IMG/VR virus record: IMGVR_UViG_3300045988_056900
Reading direction: 5' to 3' (one strand)
From: a virus
Length of the DNA stretch: 64,000 bases
Below the pieces are notes generated by a model. The model had not been told where the DNA came from. It saw only the letters and a list, made by a program, of their open reading frames with translations, and did no database searches. Of this stretch, positions 12,141-22,162 are shown one piece after another. The translations under genes were made by a program, and so were the position numbers. Numbering within the stretch: position 1 is the stretch's first letter; every line of letters starts with the position of its first letter.

Positions 12141-12218
12141 AAAGCTTGTTTATTTTTGTATTCCGTGTATTCTGATAAACTCTGACAATTTCTGATAAGT
12201 ACGGAATTAATATCTTAT

Positions 12219-12656
12219 TTAGAACCAACCATTATTTTTAATCTTAATTGTGATATCAATAATAGTCTTCTTTGTTTTCGGTTTTAGATGGTTCAATGAG
12301 CCCGGCATAATAGGAATAATGTCGTAGCCAATCTGAACGAAATTATCGAAGATACGAATCGGAGTACCGAATTCATCTTCAAAGTCATAATCTTTTGCAA
12401 GAGAACTAAGTCCTGCAATAGCTTTGAAGAACTCGTCTTCCAAATTATACTTATTATTCAAGAAGTCATTTGCTGTATAACCCAAATTTGTCGGGATAGT
12501 ATCTAATAGATACAAATCAACAGTAGTCTTTTTCTCTTTCTTGCCACCCAACCAAGGATATGCATTCAAGAATTTTTCAGCTAGACTTTCTTTAAAGTTA
12601 TTAGCACTAGTATTATTATTTTTCTTCGGTAATGTAAATGTATATGTTGTAATCAT
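12219..12656 (-). CDS. Hypothetical protein in replication block, 145 aa
   Basis: Complete ORF with tight spacing to its neighbours. Confidence 0.65.
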   Translation of the reverse strand: MITTYTFTLPKKNNNTSANNFKESLAEKFLNAYPWLGGKKEKKTTVDLYLLDTIPTNLGYTANDFLNNKYNLEDEFFKAIAGLSSLAKDYDFEDEFGTPIRIFDNFVQIGYDIIPIMPGSLNHLKPKTKKTIIDITIKIKNNGWF

Positions 12657-12669
12657 AATTTTTCAGCCT

Positions 12670-13650
12670 TTAATTGTTATTACTAAACGAAATCTTCTTC
12701 GTAGGTTCTTCTTCCCTTATAGTCTCAATTAAATTATTGTATTTTAGATCGTTATCAAACTCAAGTATAGCGCACTCTCCAGCATCCCTATTCTTTAGGA
12801 TATGAAGATAGACTTTATTCTTAACTAGTAAACGATTCGGTCCATACTGTTGTATATTGAGTAGTTCCGGTCTATGAATACATATAACATAATCAGATGC
12901 ATGGAATATAGTATCCGCAGAAGAAATGTCACTACGCATTGGGTAATGCATAGATGGATTGTTAATCCTATCAGGAGCTTCAATGTTTCGATTCATCTGT
13001 GATAACTGAATTATAGTAGTATTAGGGTACTTTTTAACCTTAATAAACAGTTTCTGTAAATCGGAAATCACTTTCAGTGCAGATTCTTGACCTTCTACAA
13101 GTAAAGTATGATCAAGGATAATAATAAATTTCTTACCCTTTGCATAGTTCTCGTAAAAATAATCAATAGTAGAAGCTATTTCTCCAACCGTCCCAGGTGT
13201 ATCAACATAATATATCTGGTATGATTTTATTTGTTGAGACGCTGTCTCAACTTGCGCCAATGTGTCATCGTTTAATTCCTCGTTAGCGCTATATAGCTGT
13301 GCAGTAGTTTGCCTTAACTTACTACTTAATTTTCTACCTACCTGCCTTGAACTTAACATCTCAAATGAGAAGTTAAGGATAACTACATCCTGTTCAGGAT
13401 TTAGATCTATTAAATCATTTTCAAGTGTATTAACAAATGATGATTTACCACTACCAGATATACCTACTATAGTATATATCGTATTAGGTTCAATTCCACC
13501 CATACAGTGTTTATTGAACTTATTCCACCTTGTTCTTAAAGATTGAATCTCATGATTCTTTCTTTGTTTTATATATTCTACTGCTTCTTTAGCTGCAATA
13601 GATATATGGCGGAAGGTAAGCGTATTAGTAGAGTTCTGTTCCATAATCAT
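12670..13650 (-). CDS. DnaB-like replicative helicase
   Basis: Walker A IVGISGSGKSSFVN, KFIIILDHTLLV, TTIIQLSQMNRNIE, DISSADTIFHASDYVICIHRPE. Confidence 0.88.
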   Translation of the reverse strand: MIMEQNSTNTLTFRHISIAAKEAVEYIKQRKNHEIQSLRTRWNKFNKHCMGGIEPNTIYTIVGISGSGKSSFVNTLENDLIDLNPEQDVVILNFSFEMLSSRQVGRKLSSKLRQTTAQLYSANEELNDDTLAQVETASQQIKSYQIYYVDTPGTVGEIASTIDYFYENYAKGKKFIIILDHTLLVEGQESALKVISDLQKLFIKVKKYPNTTIIQLSQMNRNIEAPDRINNPSMHYPMRSDISSADTIFHASDYVICIHRPELLNIQQYGPNRLLVKNKVYLHILKNRDAGECAILEFDNDLKYNNLIETIREEEPTKKISFSNNN

Positions 13651-14191
13651 TACTAATTATTGGTTCTTCTACTTTCATTTGTTCCTCGTATGTCTCCCAC
13701 TCATGTTGAGTGAGCCATTTCCACATAGTTTTCATATAACCGATTTTACCAGTAATCATTTTATTATCTATCTCATAAGATAAACATTTCATGATGTGCT
13801 GATGCATTGCTTTGCTTTTGCCAATTATTCGATTATATTCCTTCCTACATTTGTTCACATTTGCCCTTAAAAAACCTTTGGTTCCGTCAGGTCTTATAAC
13901 ATAAACTGGAAATAGGTCATAGAATTCATCAAACATAGATTTATCTTCTTTAAGAAGTTCTTCTAGTTTTTCTGTTTTCTTTATGACTGTGGTATTGTCT
14001 ACAGTGCTGGTAGCAATTAGACCACGAGACTCTAACTCTTGTATCTCTTCTTCATTAACTAGGCTGAGAAGTTTCTGAATGTCTTGATTGATGTTTTTGA
14101 TATCACTCAATACAAGCGTTAGGAATACTAACTGATTAATAGATAAGTTTTCAATCCTATCAAGGATTGAGGTGTCTATTTCTAAAATCAT
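13625..14191 (-). CDS. Replication-associated hypothetical protein, 188 aa
   Basis: Overlaps the helicase start and lies between polB and helicase. Confidence 0.65.
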   Translation of the reverse strand: MILEIDTSILDRIENLSINQLVFLTLVLSDIKNINQDIQKLLSLVNEEEIQELESRGLIATSTVDNTTVIKKTEKLEELLKEDKSMFDEFYDLFPVYVIRPDGTKGFLRANVNKCRKEYNRIIGKSKAMHQHIMKCLSYEIDNKMITGKIGYMKTMWKWLTQHEWETYEEQMKVEEPIISNDYGTELY

Positions 14192-14246
14192 ATTCTCATA
14201 TATTATACGAGCATACGGTATTTGAAATATATCTGATAAGCCTTTG

Positions 14247-16226
14247 TTAATCCCATAGGCTCATTTGTAACGGTTTTAATTCACGGATTATCTTATAGGC
14301 TTCCATAATGTAATACCTATAATTAATCTTTCTCTCTTCAATTGGTTTATCGTCTAAGTAATTTAATAAAGTAACACCAGATGCAGTAAGCATATTCTGA
14401 TACTGTTTTTCTTTTGCAACAAATATCTTTTTACCTACATATGGTTCATCATATTCTATAATTTCACCTTCTTTGTGTCCTGTTGGTTTCCATTTCCATA
14501 AATAGGCACCATTAGTACTTGCATAGAAACGATTAGTCCTTTGTTGTTCTTTATTATTATACTCAACATGCCATTGTTTACCAGTCTTTTCAGCCATTAG
14601 AAAGTCTCTAATGTCTTGGCAACCTTTTATAGTTTCTTCTACTGGTACTCCGTTCTTAAAAAAGTTTATTACTGCTTTCGGTATGATCTTCGGAGTTAGA
14701 CCTTTCCCTAATTTCACAGTAGTAATAAACATACCCTTTTCTTTTACTTTATCATCTTCAGTAATAGCAAAGTAGTCATTTATAGCATATTGATACATAG
14801 CCTTAAAACGTTCTTCTTCTAAAGTAAGTTTAGTAAGTTGTTCCCATTCTCTGCATACTTTGTTTACACTATCATATACAGATTTTTTAAGTAATACAAA
14901 CAGACCATCTGTATTAGCTTGGACGATTCGACATCCTAATTGGGTTAGTTTTTCAGCTAGCATTAGTAATAGTAACTGCCCATTTATACGTATTTGCATT
15001 ACTGCAAATGGACTATAACAGAAATTATGTGGATTCTGTAAGTTACCTGATAATCCATTGAGAGCAAGCTTTAAGGTTTCGTTTTTAACCTTATTGCCAT
15101 TGTGTTTAGCTTCGATGCGCTCATCTTTAATTTGTCTATATACTTCTAGAAATTCAGGTCCTAAATGTTTAGGATAGAACCCATATTCTATTAGCATACT
15201 TGGATATAGTGATGCAACATCTATATCAATGAGCATTTCATCTTCTTTTGGTATAACTATTTCAGGATCATTCACTGAATGAATTCCTCCAACTCCTACA
15301 GAATATCTTAATCCTTCAAATATGAATTTATTTTCATATCCTTTTCTTCCTGGAGATACTATTTGACTTTTCATATCATCTAGTACTTTTTGAAGTATAG
15401 GACTATCATACTTAATAAATGGTAGGATTACCTTATTTAAAGGTATTACATCCATTGGAGATCTTAAATCTTTAATATCATACCAGGTTTGACCTGTCTT
15501 TTCAAGATATTTCTGAGTTAAAATCTTCATTCCAATGTTTACTCCGTCTTTACTAAGTACTCTTACTCCGTATTCATCTTCAATAGCTAACCTTAAATCT
15601 ACATCTTTTTTACATCTATTGAGTAACTCTTCAGTAGAATTAACATCATTAATATTATACTCAATCATTGAATCTATTTGATTTTCAGGTAAATCTGCCT
15701 GCCAATCTGCAACAAATTCCTGTACATTTCTGTACTGCATTGTTACTTGAATTTCTTTCAAACCTACTCTTAACTTATTGCTATAAAGCATAGTAAGAAT
15801 ATCAAACGAATCAAAACAAATCATATACTTCCACTTACTCCAAGCTCTAATATCGTCTTCACTTGAAGTAGTAATTACTTTACTTAAATTAAATATAGAT
15901 CTACATATATCTCTATATCCTTTGTATTTCATTACAACATAATAATCTATTATATAATTTATAATAGGATTATCATAATGAAGATTATTATAACCACAAA
16001 ATAATTTATTAGTATTTAACTGAATTTTTGTAGTATATAAGTCTCCGAAAGTATAGTCTGTATTAACTGTATGAAAGAAATTGACTAATTCATCTAATTG
16101 ATTTCTTCTGCAAGATATTTCAAATTTATGCAATTCACCTGTTTCTGTATTTTTTACAGTACAATGGAAAACATTGGGGAATACCTCAATATCATATACA
16201 TAAACAATCTTATCTCGTATAATCAT
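14247..16226 (-). CDS. polB: Family B DNA polymerase (659 aa)
   Basis: Exo motif YDIEVFPNVF, motif A IDVASLYPSML, motif B LKLALNGLSGNLQ, motif C-like VQANTDGLFV. Confidence 0.92.
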   Translation of the reverse strand: MIIRDKIVYVYDIEVFPNVFHCTVKNTETGELHKFEISCRRNQLDELVNFFHTVNTDYTFGDLYTTKIQLNTNKLFCGYNNLHYDNPIINYIIDYYVVMKYKGYRDICRSIFNLSKVITTSSEDDIRAWSKWKYMICFDSFDILTMLYSNKLRVGLKEIQVTMQYRNVQEFVADWQADLPENQIDSMIEYNINDVNSTEELLNRCKKDVDLRLAIEDEYGVRVLSKDGVNIGMKILTQKYLEKTGQTWYDIKDLRSPMDVIPLNKVILPFIKYDSPILQKVLDDMKSQIVSPGRKGYENKFIFEGLRYSVGVGGIHSVNDPEIVIPKEDEMLIDIDVASLYPSMLIEYGFYPKHLGPEFLEVYRQIKDERIEAKHNGNKVKNETLKLALNGLSGNLQNPHNFCYSPFAVMQIRINGQLLLLMLAEKLTQLGCRIVQANTDGLFVLLKKSVYDSVNKVCREWEQLTKLTLEEERFKAMYQYAINDYFAITEDDKVKEKGMFITTVKLGKGLTPKIIPKAVINFFKNGVPVEETIKGCQDIRDFLMAEKTGKQWHVEYNNKEQQRTNRFYASTNGAYLWKWKPTGHKEGEIIEYDEPYVGKKIFVAKEKQYQNMLTASGVTLLNYLDDKPIEERKINYRYYIMEAYKIIRELKPLQMSLWD

Positions 16227-16245
16227 AATTAATAATGTTAGTTTG

Positions 16246-16303
16246 AGTCTGTGGAGGGAATCGAACCCTCATTTAACAGTTTTTCCATTTAAACTACACA
16301 GAC
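16246..16303 (-). ncRNA. tRNA-like element lacking an anticodon arm
   Basis: Minus strand: GTCTGTG-TA-GTTTAAATGGAAAAAC-TGTTAAAT-GAGGG-TTCGATT-CCCTC-CACAGAC. This gives a perfect 7-bp acceptor, a D-like arm and a perfect 5-bp T-arm, with only 8 nt where the anticodon arm should be. Confidence 0.65.
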
Positions 16304-16356
16304 AACCAGCATACTGCCGCATTAAAATTTCTAAATTATGGATTTGCTAGCATATT

Positions 16357-16806
16357 TTAGGCGGCTAGCGAAGCCTTTGTTGTACTTGTTTTTCGTACAT
16401 ACGTTTTCTTAAACGCTACAAGGGAAGCTTTGTACTTAGCCTTGTCTTCTTTGCTTTGTTTAATAGATTTTGCTTTAGATTGTTTCATATGAATAATCAT
16501 ATGATCAAACTTAACTTGAGCATCGAGCTGTTTTCTGTCGTATTTATTAAACCTAGGATAATTGATAGATTGAAATACGAAAGTACTTTTTCTCTTTTCA
16601 ACAAGAGCTTTTGCTCTTTCTCGTTTAACTTTTCTACGAGCTTTAAGTTCTTCACTATAGAAGTTTTTTGGTTTAACCTCTTCTTCAGAAGTAATTTGTT
16701 TTACTCGAAATACTCTTCTTTCTGCTTTTCGAGCATTTCTTGCTGCAACTCTCTCTTCACTACGTGCTATTTTATATTCTTCTTTTCTGTTTTTATCTAT
16801 TTTCAT
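16357..16806 (-). CDS. Strongly basic hypothetical protein ending -SLAA
   Basis: 149 aa, K/R-rich, C-terminus TTKASLAA followed by TAA. Confidence 0.75.
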   Translation of the reverse strand: MKIDKNRKEEYKIARSEERVAARNARKAERRVFRVKQITSEEEVKPKNFYSEELKARRKVKRERAKALVEKRKSTFVFQSINYPRFNKYDRKQLDAQVKFDHMIIHMKQSKAKSIKQSKEDKAKYKASLVAFKKTYVRKTSTTKASLAA

Positions 16807-16831
16807 ATCTTGATAATATTAATAGTTAAAC

Positions 16832-17596
16832 TTATGCTGCTAAAAGTTTTGATTTAGTGTAATAGGTCCAATTGTTATTACTTAAATCTTCAACGGTTAT
16901 TCCGGTGAACTTATCATTGTTTTCGTACTTCTTAGCTAATACTTTTACTTTAGAGAATGCTTCTTCTTTATCATTAGCATCTAAATAATCCGTGTAGAAG
17001 TCTGTACTTTTCATAGGATTATCTTCGCTTTGATTCTGTACTACATAACGGAACTTACGAGTGTTCTTTTTGTTATTTAGCACTTCTCTTCCTTTCTTTA
17101 GGAATTCTAAAACAGAAGCCTTCACCTCATTTATATGAGGTCTACTGGCTAACAGTTCAGCTTTATACTCTTTTTCACGTTGAAATCTAACCTTGATTTC
17201 TTCATCAGTTAGATTAACTGGTTTCGGCTGAACAAACAGTCGTTTTCTAATTAATCGAGTGAACTTCTTCTTCTCTTTCCTAGTATAATGAACTGTAGGT
17301 TCAAATCCAGCGCTTGCTAGAATTTGCTTAATAAGCTCCTTCTTAGCTTGTTTAGCTGTTTTATTTTCCTGACGAGAGTTCTTTCCTACTTCTGTAGTAT
17401 AGCTTTTTTGCTTAACTTTACCAACTATGTTGGTTATTATTACTTTCCCATTCTCACCCTTTGTAATATAGGGAGATGGACCCGGTCTTCTAAATACTTC
17501 TTCTACTTTCTTAGATCTACGTAATTTAGAACGGTTAGTTCTCGATAATTTTTTTCCTTTATGATCTTTATGTTTACCTGATAAATTCTTTTTCAT
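16832..17596 (-). CDS. Basic hypothetical protein ending -LLAA
   Basis: 254 aa, C-terminus YTKSKLLAA followed by TAA. Confidence 0.75.
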   Translation of the reverse strand: MKKNLSGKHKDHKGKKLSRTNRSKLRRSKKVEEVFRRPGPSPYITKGENGKVIITNIVGKVKQKSYTTEVGKNSRQENKTAKQAKKELIKQILASAGFEPTVHYTRKEKKKFTRLIRKRLFVQPKPVNLTDEEIKVRFQREKEYKAELLASRPHINEVKASVLEFLKKGREVLNNKKNTRKFRYVVQNQSEDNPMKSTDFYTDYLDANDKEEAFSKVKVLAKKYENNDKFTGITVEDLSNNNWTYYTKSKLLAA

Positions 17597-17649
17597 AATC
17601 TTGATAATTTTAGAAGTTAATAACTAGCGAGCCCAAAGGCTCGCATTAA

Positions 17650-18159
17650 TTAAGCGGCTAGACAAATAGGAGCTGATTCAATATCAAGTTCAGCTTTGTC
17701 ATTAAAATCTTCTAAGTCTTTATTCAACTTATTAATTTCTATCTGCAGCTTATTCTTTATATTGCTGATGTAAGCTGAAGTGAGTTCCTCACTAATATTC
17801 AGATTCTTTTTGCCTTTAGCTCGCTTTATCTTTGGGTCGATTGTTTTAATCTTCCCTAAATGAAACAGTTGTTCCTGTTTCTCGGATAGTGAAAATATTG
17901 TATAATAGTTATTTTCTGCTGGTAAATCAGAGAACTTCTTATAACCCATATTAATACATTGTAAATACAGTTTCATAAGAATTCGTTCTTCTGCCATTTC
18001 TTGAATCTTCGTTAACAGTACCTTAAGGTCATAATTACGAATAGTTCCTTTAGAAATGATATTTTCGTTTTTAATAATCGTCCAATATTTAGTAATATCT
18101 TTACTAAGTTCATCGCGACGATTTTTTGCATATTTAGATGTAATTGATTTCATATTCAA
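17650..18159 (-). CDS. Hypothetical protein ending -CLAA
   Basis: 169 aa, C-terminus SAPICLAA followed by TAA. Confidence 0.72.
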   Translation of the reverse strand: MNMKSITSKYAKNRRDELSKDITKYWTIIKNENIISKGTIRNYDLKVLLTKIQEMAEERILMKLYLQCINMGYKKFSDLPAENNYYTIFSLSEKQEQLFHLGKIKTIDPKIKRAKGKKNLNISEELTSAYISNIKNKLQIEINKLNKDLEDFNDKAELDIESAPICLAA

Positions 18160-18208
18160 GTGATTTGTTTTTTAAGTTAATACTTGACCGAAATCGTTTA
18201 CTAGTTAG

Positions 18209-18274
18209 TCATGCATGACAGATTCAAACTGCCGTCCCTCTGATGAGTGCTCTAATCAACTAAGCTAATGCATG
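18209..18274 (-). ncRNA. tRNA-like element with miniaturised anticodon arm
   Basis: Minus strand: CATGCAT-TA-GCTTAGTTGATTAGAGC-ACTCATCAGAGGGAC-GGCAG-TTTGAAT-CTGTC-ATGCATG-A. Perfect 7-bp acceptor, canonical D-arm and T-arm, but a 3-bp/4-nt mini-hairpin (CTC-ATCA-GAG) in place of the anticodon arm. Confidence 0.7.
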
Positions 18275-18288
18275 TTATATAATAGAGA

Positions 18289-18376
18289 ACTACCCCATTC
18301 AGTAGTCTCTATTAAAGTAGTACCCCATTCAGTACTATTAATAGATATTGATATGATGAATACCCAGTTCAGTATT
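18289..18376 (-). repeat. Triplet of small hairpins with covarying stems and near-constant loop
   Basis: Plus-strand view: ACTAC-CCCATTCA-GTAGT (18289-18306), AGTAC-CCCATTCA-GTACT (18319-18336), AATAC-CCAGTTCA-GTATT (18359-18376). Confidence 0.8.
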
Positions 18377-18950
18377 ATAAATCATCACGTTCAACAATTT
18401 TTATTTCTTTTGCAAAATAGACCGGTAGAATCCGTCCGTCTGTTGTTTTAGCACCAACATATAGTTTATTTCCTGTTTCAGAAACTCCTACACTTCGGTT
18501 ATGTTCTTTTTCATTCGAATACTTTTGTAAATACTTTTCATTGATATACTTAGAATGTAGTTCTCCGTTCGTACTACTTCTTACTACATCAAATAAAATA
18601 TCTACCATTTTATCCAAATCATTATTATCGGTAGCTTCTTTTAATATGGCATTCATAATACCATAAAAAGCTTCCTCATTTCTTGCTTCTCCAGTTCCAG
18701 ACATTGTGTCTGCTAATTTGATTGCTATATCAGTAATACTCACCAGTCCATGAGCATTAAAGAACCGTTGCCACCATCTAGGACCACTTCCATAGTACAA
18801 GATAATCTGTCCATCCTCTTGTATATCTACTTTTTTAGGTCTTTCGTTAATTCTCCCATTCAAGATCTTAACTTTTGCTAAAACAGCTGGTTCATAAATA
18901 ATTAGCATACGCAAGATATCAACCCGGGAAGGTGATAATCTTCCGTTCAT
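18375..18950 (-). CDS. Hypothetical protein, 191 aa
   Basis: Complete ORF. Confidence 0.7.
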   Translation of the reverse strand: MNGRLSPSRVDILRMLIIYEPAVLAKVKILNGRINERPKKVDIQEDGQIILYYGSGPRWWQRFFNAHGLVSITDIAIKLADTMSGTGEARNEEAFYGIMNAILKEATDNNDLDKMVDILFDVVRSSTNGELHSKYINEKYLQKYSNEKEHNRSVGVSETGNKLYVGAKTTDGRILPVYFAKEIKIVERDDL

Positions 18951-18955
18951 ATCTG

Positions 18956-19588
18956 TTATTCTGTTGTAGTAGTTTCAACATGCACGTTTACTTCTACATC
19001 ACTTCCAATACCACACTGCCGCATATAATCAGTATAAATGCGTTTGTTAGCATCGGAATAACCTCGAACTGTCTTAGACAGATTCAAGCAGTGACGAGCA
19101 AAGTTCTCGTAGTGAGTAATAGCACCCATGTTAGCTTCCTCAACTAATTTGTCGAGATTCGGCAAATCTTCAGCTGAGAAAAACATCGGACTAGCTCCGC
19201 TCTTACCAAGGCGGTCAATTGCTTCCGTAACGTTAGCCCGGGTAGCTTTGCTGAAATCCGGTTCAGCTATTTCGAACATCAAAGGTTCAACACCAGGAAT
19301 GTCCTTGTTGATAGCAATCTTCGGCCGTTGATCAAGATCCTTAGCGACAATACTTACACTCATGATATCAATAGCTTTAATAATATAAGCTTTGATCTCA
19401 TTGCGGAAAGTATTGATGCCATTCATGACGTCTTCCTTGTACTTAGGATCTGGATTTACTGCGATAATAGTAAATAACTGCTTACCGAAGTAAGGACCAT
19501 ATTTCTGTGCCACTTGCCGGTTACGTGCTAAGATTTGTGCAGCTGCGTTAGGAATCTGCGGTGCACTGTTGTTATTCAAATTTTCCAT
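18956..19588 (-). CDS. Hypothetical phage protein, 210 aa
   Basis: Complete ORF, 5 nt upstream of the next gene. Confidence 0.75.
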   Translation of the reverse strand: MENLNNNSAPQIPNAAAQILARNRQVAQKYGPYFGKQLFTIIAVNPDPKYKEDVMNGINTFRNEIKAYIIKAIDIMSVSIVAKDLDQRPKIAINKDIPGVEPLMFEIAEPDFSKATRANVTEAIDRLGKSGASPMFFSAEDLPNLDKLVEEANMGAITHYENFARHCLNLSKTVRGYSDANKRIYTDYMRQCGIGSDVEVNVHVETTTTE

Positions 19589-19639
19589 AAAAAATGTTCC
19601 CTTCTTGAGTCCGCATTTGATATACCAATACAGATCATT

Positions 19640-21730
19640 TTTTAGTTTTTAAGTTAATAATAAGTTAATGCTCTCCACTGTTCGATTATTTTATAGCATT
19701 ACAATAATGGTAATGGTGAATTCAATCACATAATCTACTAGGTATTAAAATAATAAATGTTAATTTATTTGAAAATATCTTCTGATAAATTCTCTGATAA
19801 TTTCTGTTAATTCTGATATGTTTATCGTCCCGTTTCGACGGTTAAGATTCAACTTTTTCGATGCTTAACGCACCTCTCACCGTTATTTTATATCGCGATT
19901 AGATGCAATATAAAAGACATAGATCATTGACTAATGGTAAGTCTACCTAGTATTTCCGGATTATCGAAATTCATAGAATTACGGTCGTTTATCTAACGTT
20001 ACCAACTCACAAGCCCATTACTTATAGTATGGCCCACTTGTACCATGCATAGGATTTGTTGTTTATTCTGCTCGAACACGAGGATTTCCACCTCTCATCG
20101 TCTCCTTGTTGCTCAATTGTTATTACTATTGAGTCGAAATGTACTACGCCCTTTAATCTACCGAGACAGGGTGATAGGCGACAGGTTATTAACGAATCAG
20201 CGTTCTCTTTACATATATACTTGCAATATATACTTTAGGAGTTTCTAATGTCAGCGATGACGGTTGGCAGTCTGGGGTGGATCATACTCCTTATCTGACT
20301 ACTTTACAACAGTAGTTTGCTATCTCTGTACTCGCCATTGAACTTCCCAATTTGGTAAAGATTAATAATGTTAACAATTCACTTAGAACAGATTTAACTA
20401 GGCCGGTTCTATTCGGCATTAACTTTCAGATGCAGTAAAGTAACATCATCTGTTACAGTCTTACCTCTCTGGTTCCAGGGTTCTAAGCTGGAGCAGCTTG
20501 GCTCTTACTCATTAATTTATTGTTTTTGACCACTACTAATATCTCCTACTCTGGAATGAGTGTGATAATCTAGCAATGCACCTTTACATATCTTAAAAGG
20601 TATAAGCTCTGCTGTTTTTTACGAGGAGTTTTCTAAGCTTCTCCTTAGTATTATTTATCATTATAATCACACTTGCTAAAGGTGTGTAACGATTAGAATC
20701 AGGGTTATTGCGCCCTCAAACCGCTTAGACACTCTTGGTCTATTCATTCCTCATTCAATTATACTCACACGAACGAATAAGCACGTGAGTCACTTTAGAC
20801 TTGAAAGACGGTATCAATCTCATATACCTCATCCCTTATACGTAAATTCTTTTGCGGCACGCTAGTTACGGTAGCGCACAGGATTGGCTCCTGCTCCCTG
20901 GTAATCAGTCTATTTTCACTATAATTTTAACATAGTTACTTAGGATCATTGCATGTCCAGCCTTCATATCTTTACTTTGTATAAGTATGTACCATAACAC
21001 GGTTATCCTTACATTAGTATCAGTAATTACTCCCTTTATATTATGAACCAATTATCATAAAAACACTAGAGTTAGCCTATTTTTCCAATCAGGACGCATA
21101 GTTGCGTTTTTGTATGAAGCGAGGTTGGAACCCGCTTGTTGCGTTAGTCAGCCATAATGTATTTTTCGATAATCCTTTTCCAAGGGATTATCCAAGAACC
21201 CTTTGTCCTTGTTTCAGCATCGTGTTCATATTCCTTCTTGAGTCACATCTTGATTGACGCATACGAATATAGAGATTTCGTTCTCTTTTTGAGGATTAAG
21301 GATTTCATCTTTTGTAGTTTTTATTTGCTTATTGCTACGAATTCATCTCCTCGGTTTTGAATTAATTTGTAACTAGGGTATCTTCTTGTAGCTCCTATAT
21401 TACGGGTTCTTCACTCTTAATATCACCAGACGGTTCTCATATTAACAGCGCAGGCTATTCACCCTCTCCTGCTTTCTTATACCTTTTTCACCAGTATAAG
21501 TTATTATCCTACCTTTTGAGTATCTCACAGTGTTAGCTGCTACGAAGCATCTCATAACTACTTCTTACATATTCTCGGATTCTGTCTTTTTTCGGGCTAT
21601 GTGTAAATGGACACAAACTCCCTGACGCAGTAGTACTTAAAAACTTCCTTCTGTGACTGCCGGAGTGATTTACGCTATAGTTTTACTCCTCTCGAACTAT
21701 GATATAATTATAGTATTTATATAGCGGCTA
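19640..21730. other. ORF-poor region of about 2.1 kb with local hairpins and a T-arm-like element
   Basis: Only short ORFs (67 aa or less) are listed. Perfect hairpin GTAACA-TCATC-TGTTAC at 20441-20457; T-arm-like GCGGG-TTCCAAC-CTCGC on minus at 21120-21136. Confidence 0.5.
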
Positions 21731-21736
21731 TTATCA

Positions 21737-22162
21737 TTAACTATTTTCCGCTGAGGATTTATCTTCTCCTGTAATTTCTGACTCTGGTTTTACAAGAAAT
21801 ATGTCTCCAGAAGATAAGTTGATGTTTGCAACCACCTTCTTACCCCGGCATATATCAACTATGCCATTTTTTATATCATTACTACTGATATAATCAATTG
21901 GATCCATACGTCCTGGATCAAAACCATCCAAGTGCACGCATATACTACTTACAGACGAGCGTAAGTACTGTTCTACGAATAAGATGTTACTTATACTAGC
22001 TTTCGCTTGTACCTGTATCATATTAGAACTTTCTCCGGCTACTATAAAGTAACCGGTTTGATCTACTACCAAATCTAAATTACGCCTAGCATCTTTGCTA
22101 TTTCGTATAATACGTGATAGTCGCATCATACTATTAAGCATAATAAGATTCTTCTTACTCAT
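21737..22162 (-). CDS. Hypothetical protein, 141 aa
   Basis: Complete ORF overlapping the next by a few nt. Confidence 0.65.
   Translation of the reverse strand: MSKKNLIMLNSMMRLSRIIRNSKDARRNLDLVVDQTGYFIVAGESSNMIQVQAKASISNILFVEQYLRSSVSSICVHLDGFDPGRMDPIDYISSNDIKNGIVDICRGKKVVANINLSSGDIFLVKPESEITGEDKSSAENS

Noticed and set aside
7979-17524. Plus-strand ORFs opposite replication genes (e.g. 8191, 9598-9969, 13262-13546, 16456-16857)
   Set aside because: Complementary to well-supported minus-strand enzymes and of low-complexity composition.
18289-18376. CRISPR array for the three repeats
   Set aside because: Units are short palindromic hairpins with irregular spacing (12 and 22 nt between hairpins) and no cas genes; does not fit a CRISPR.
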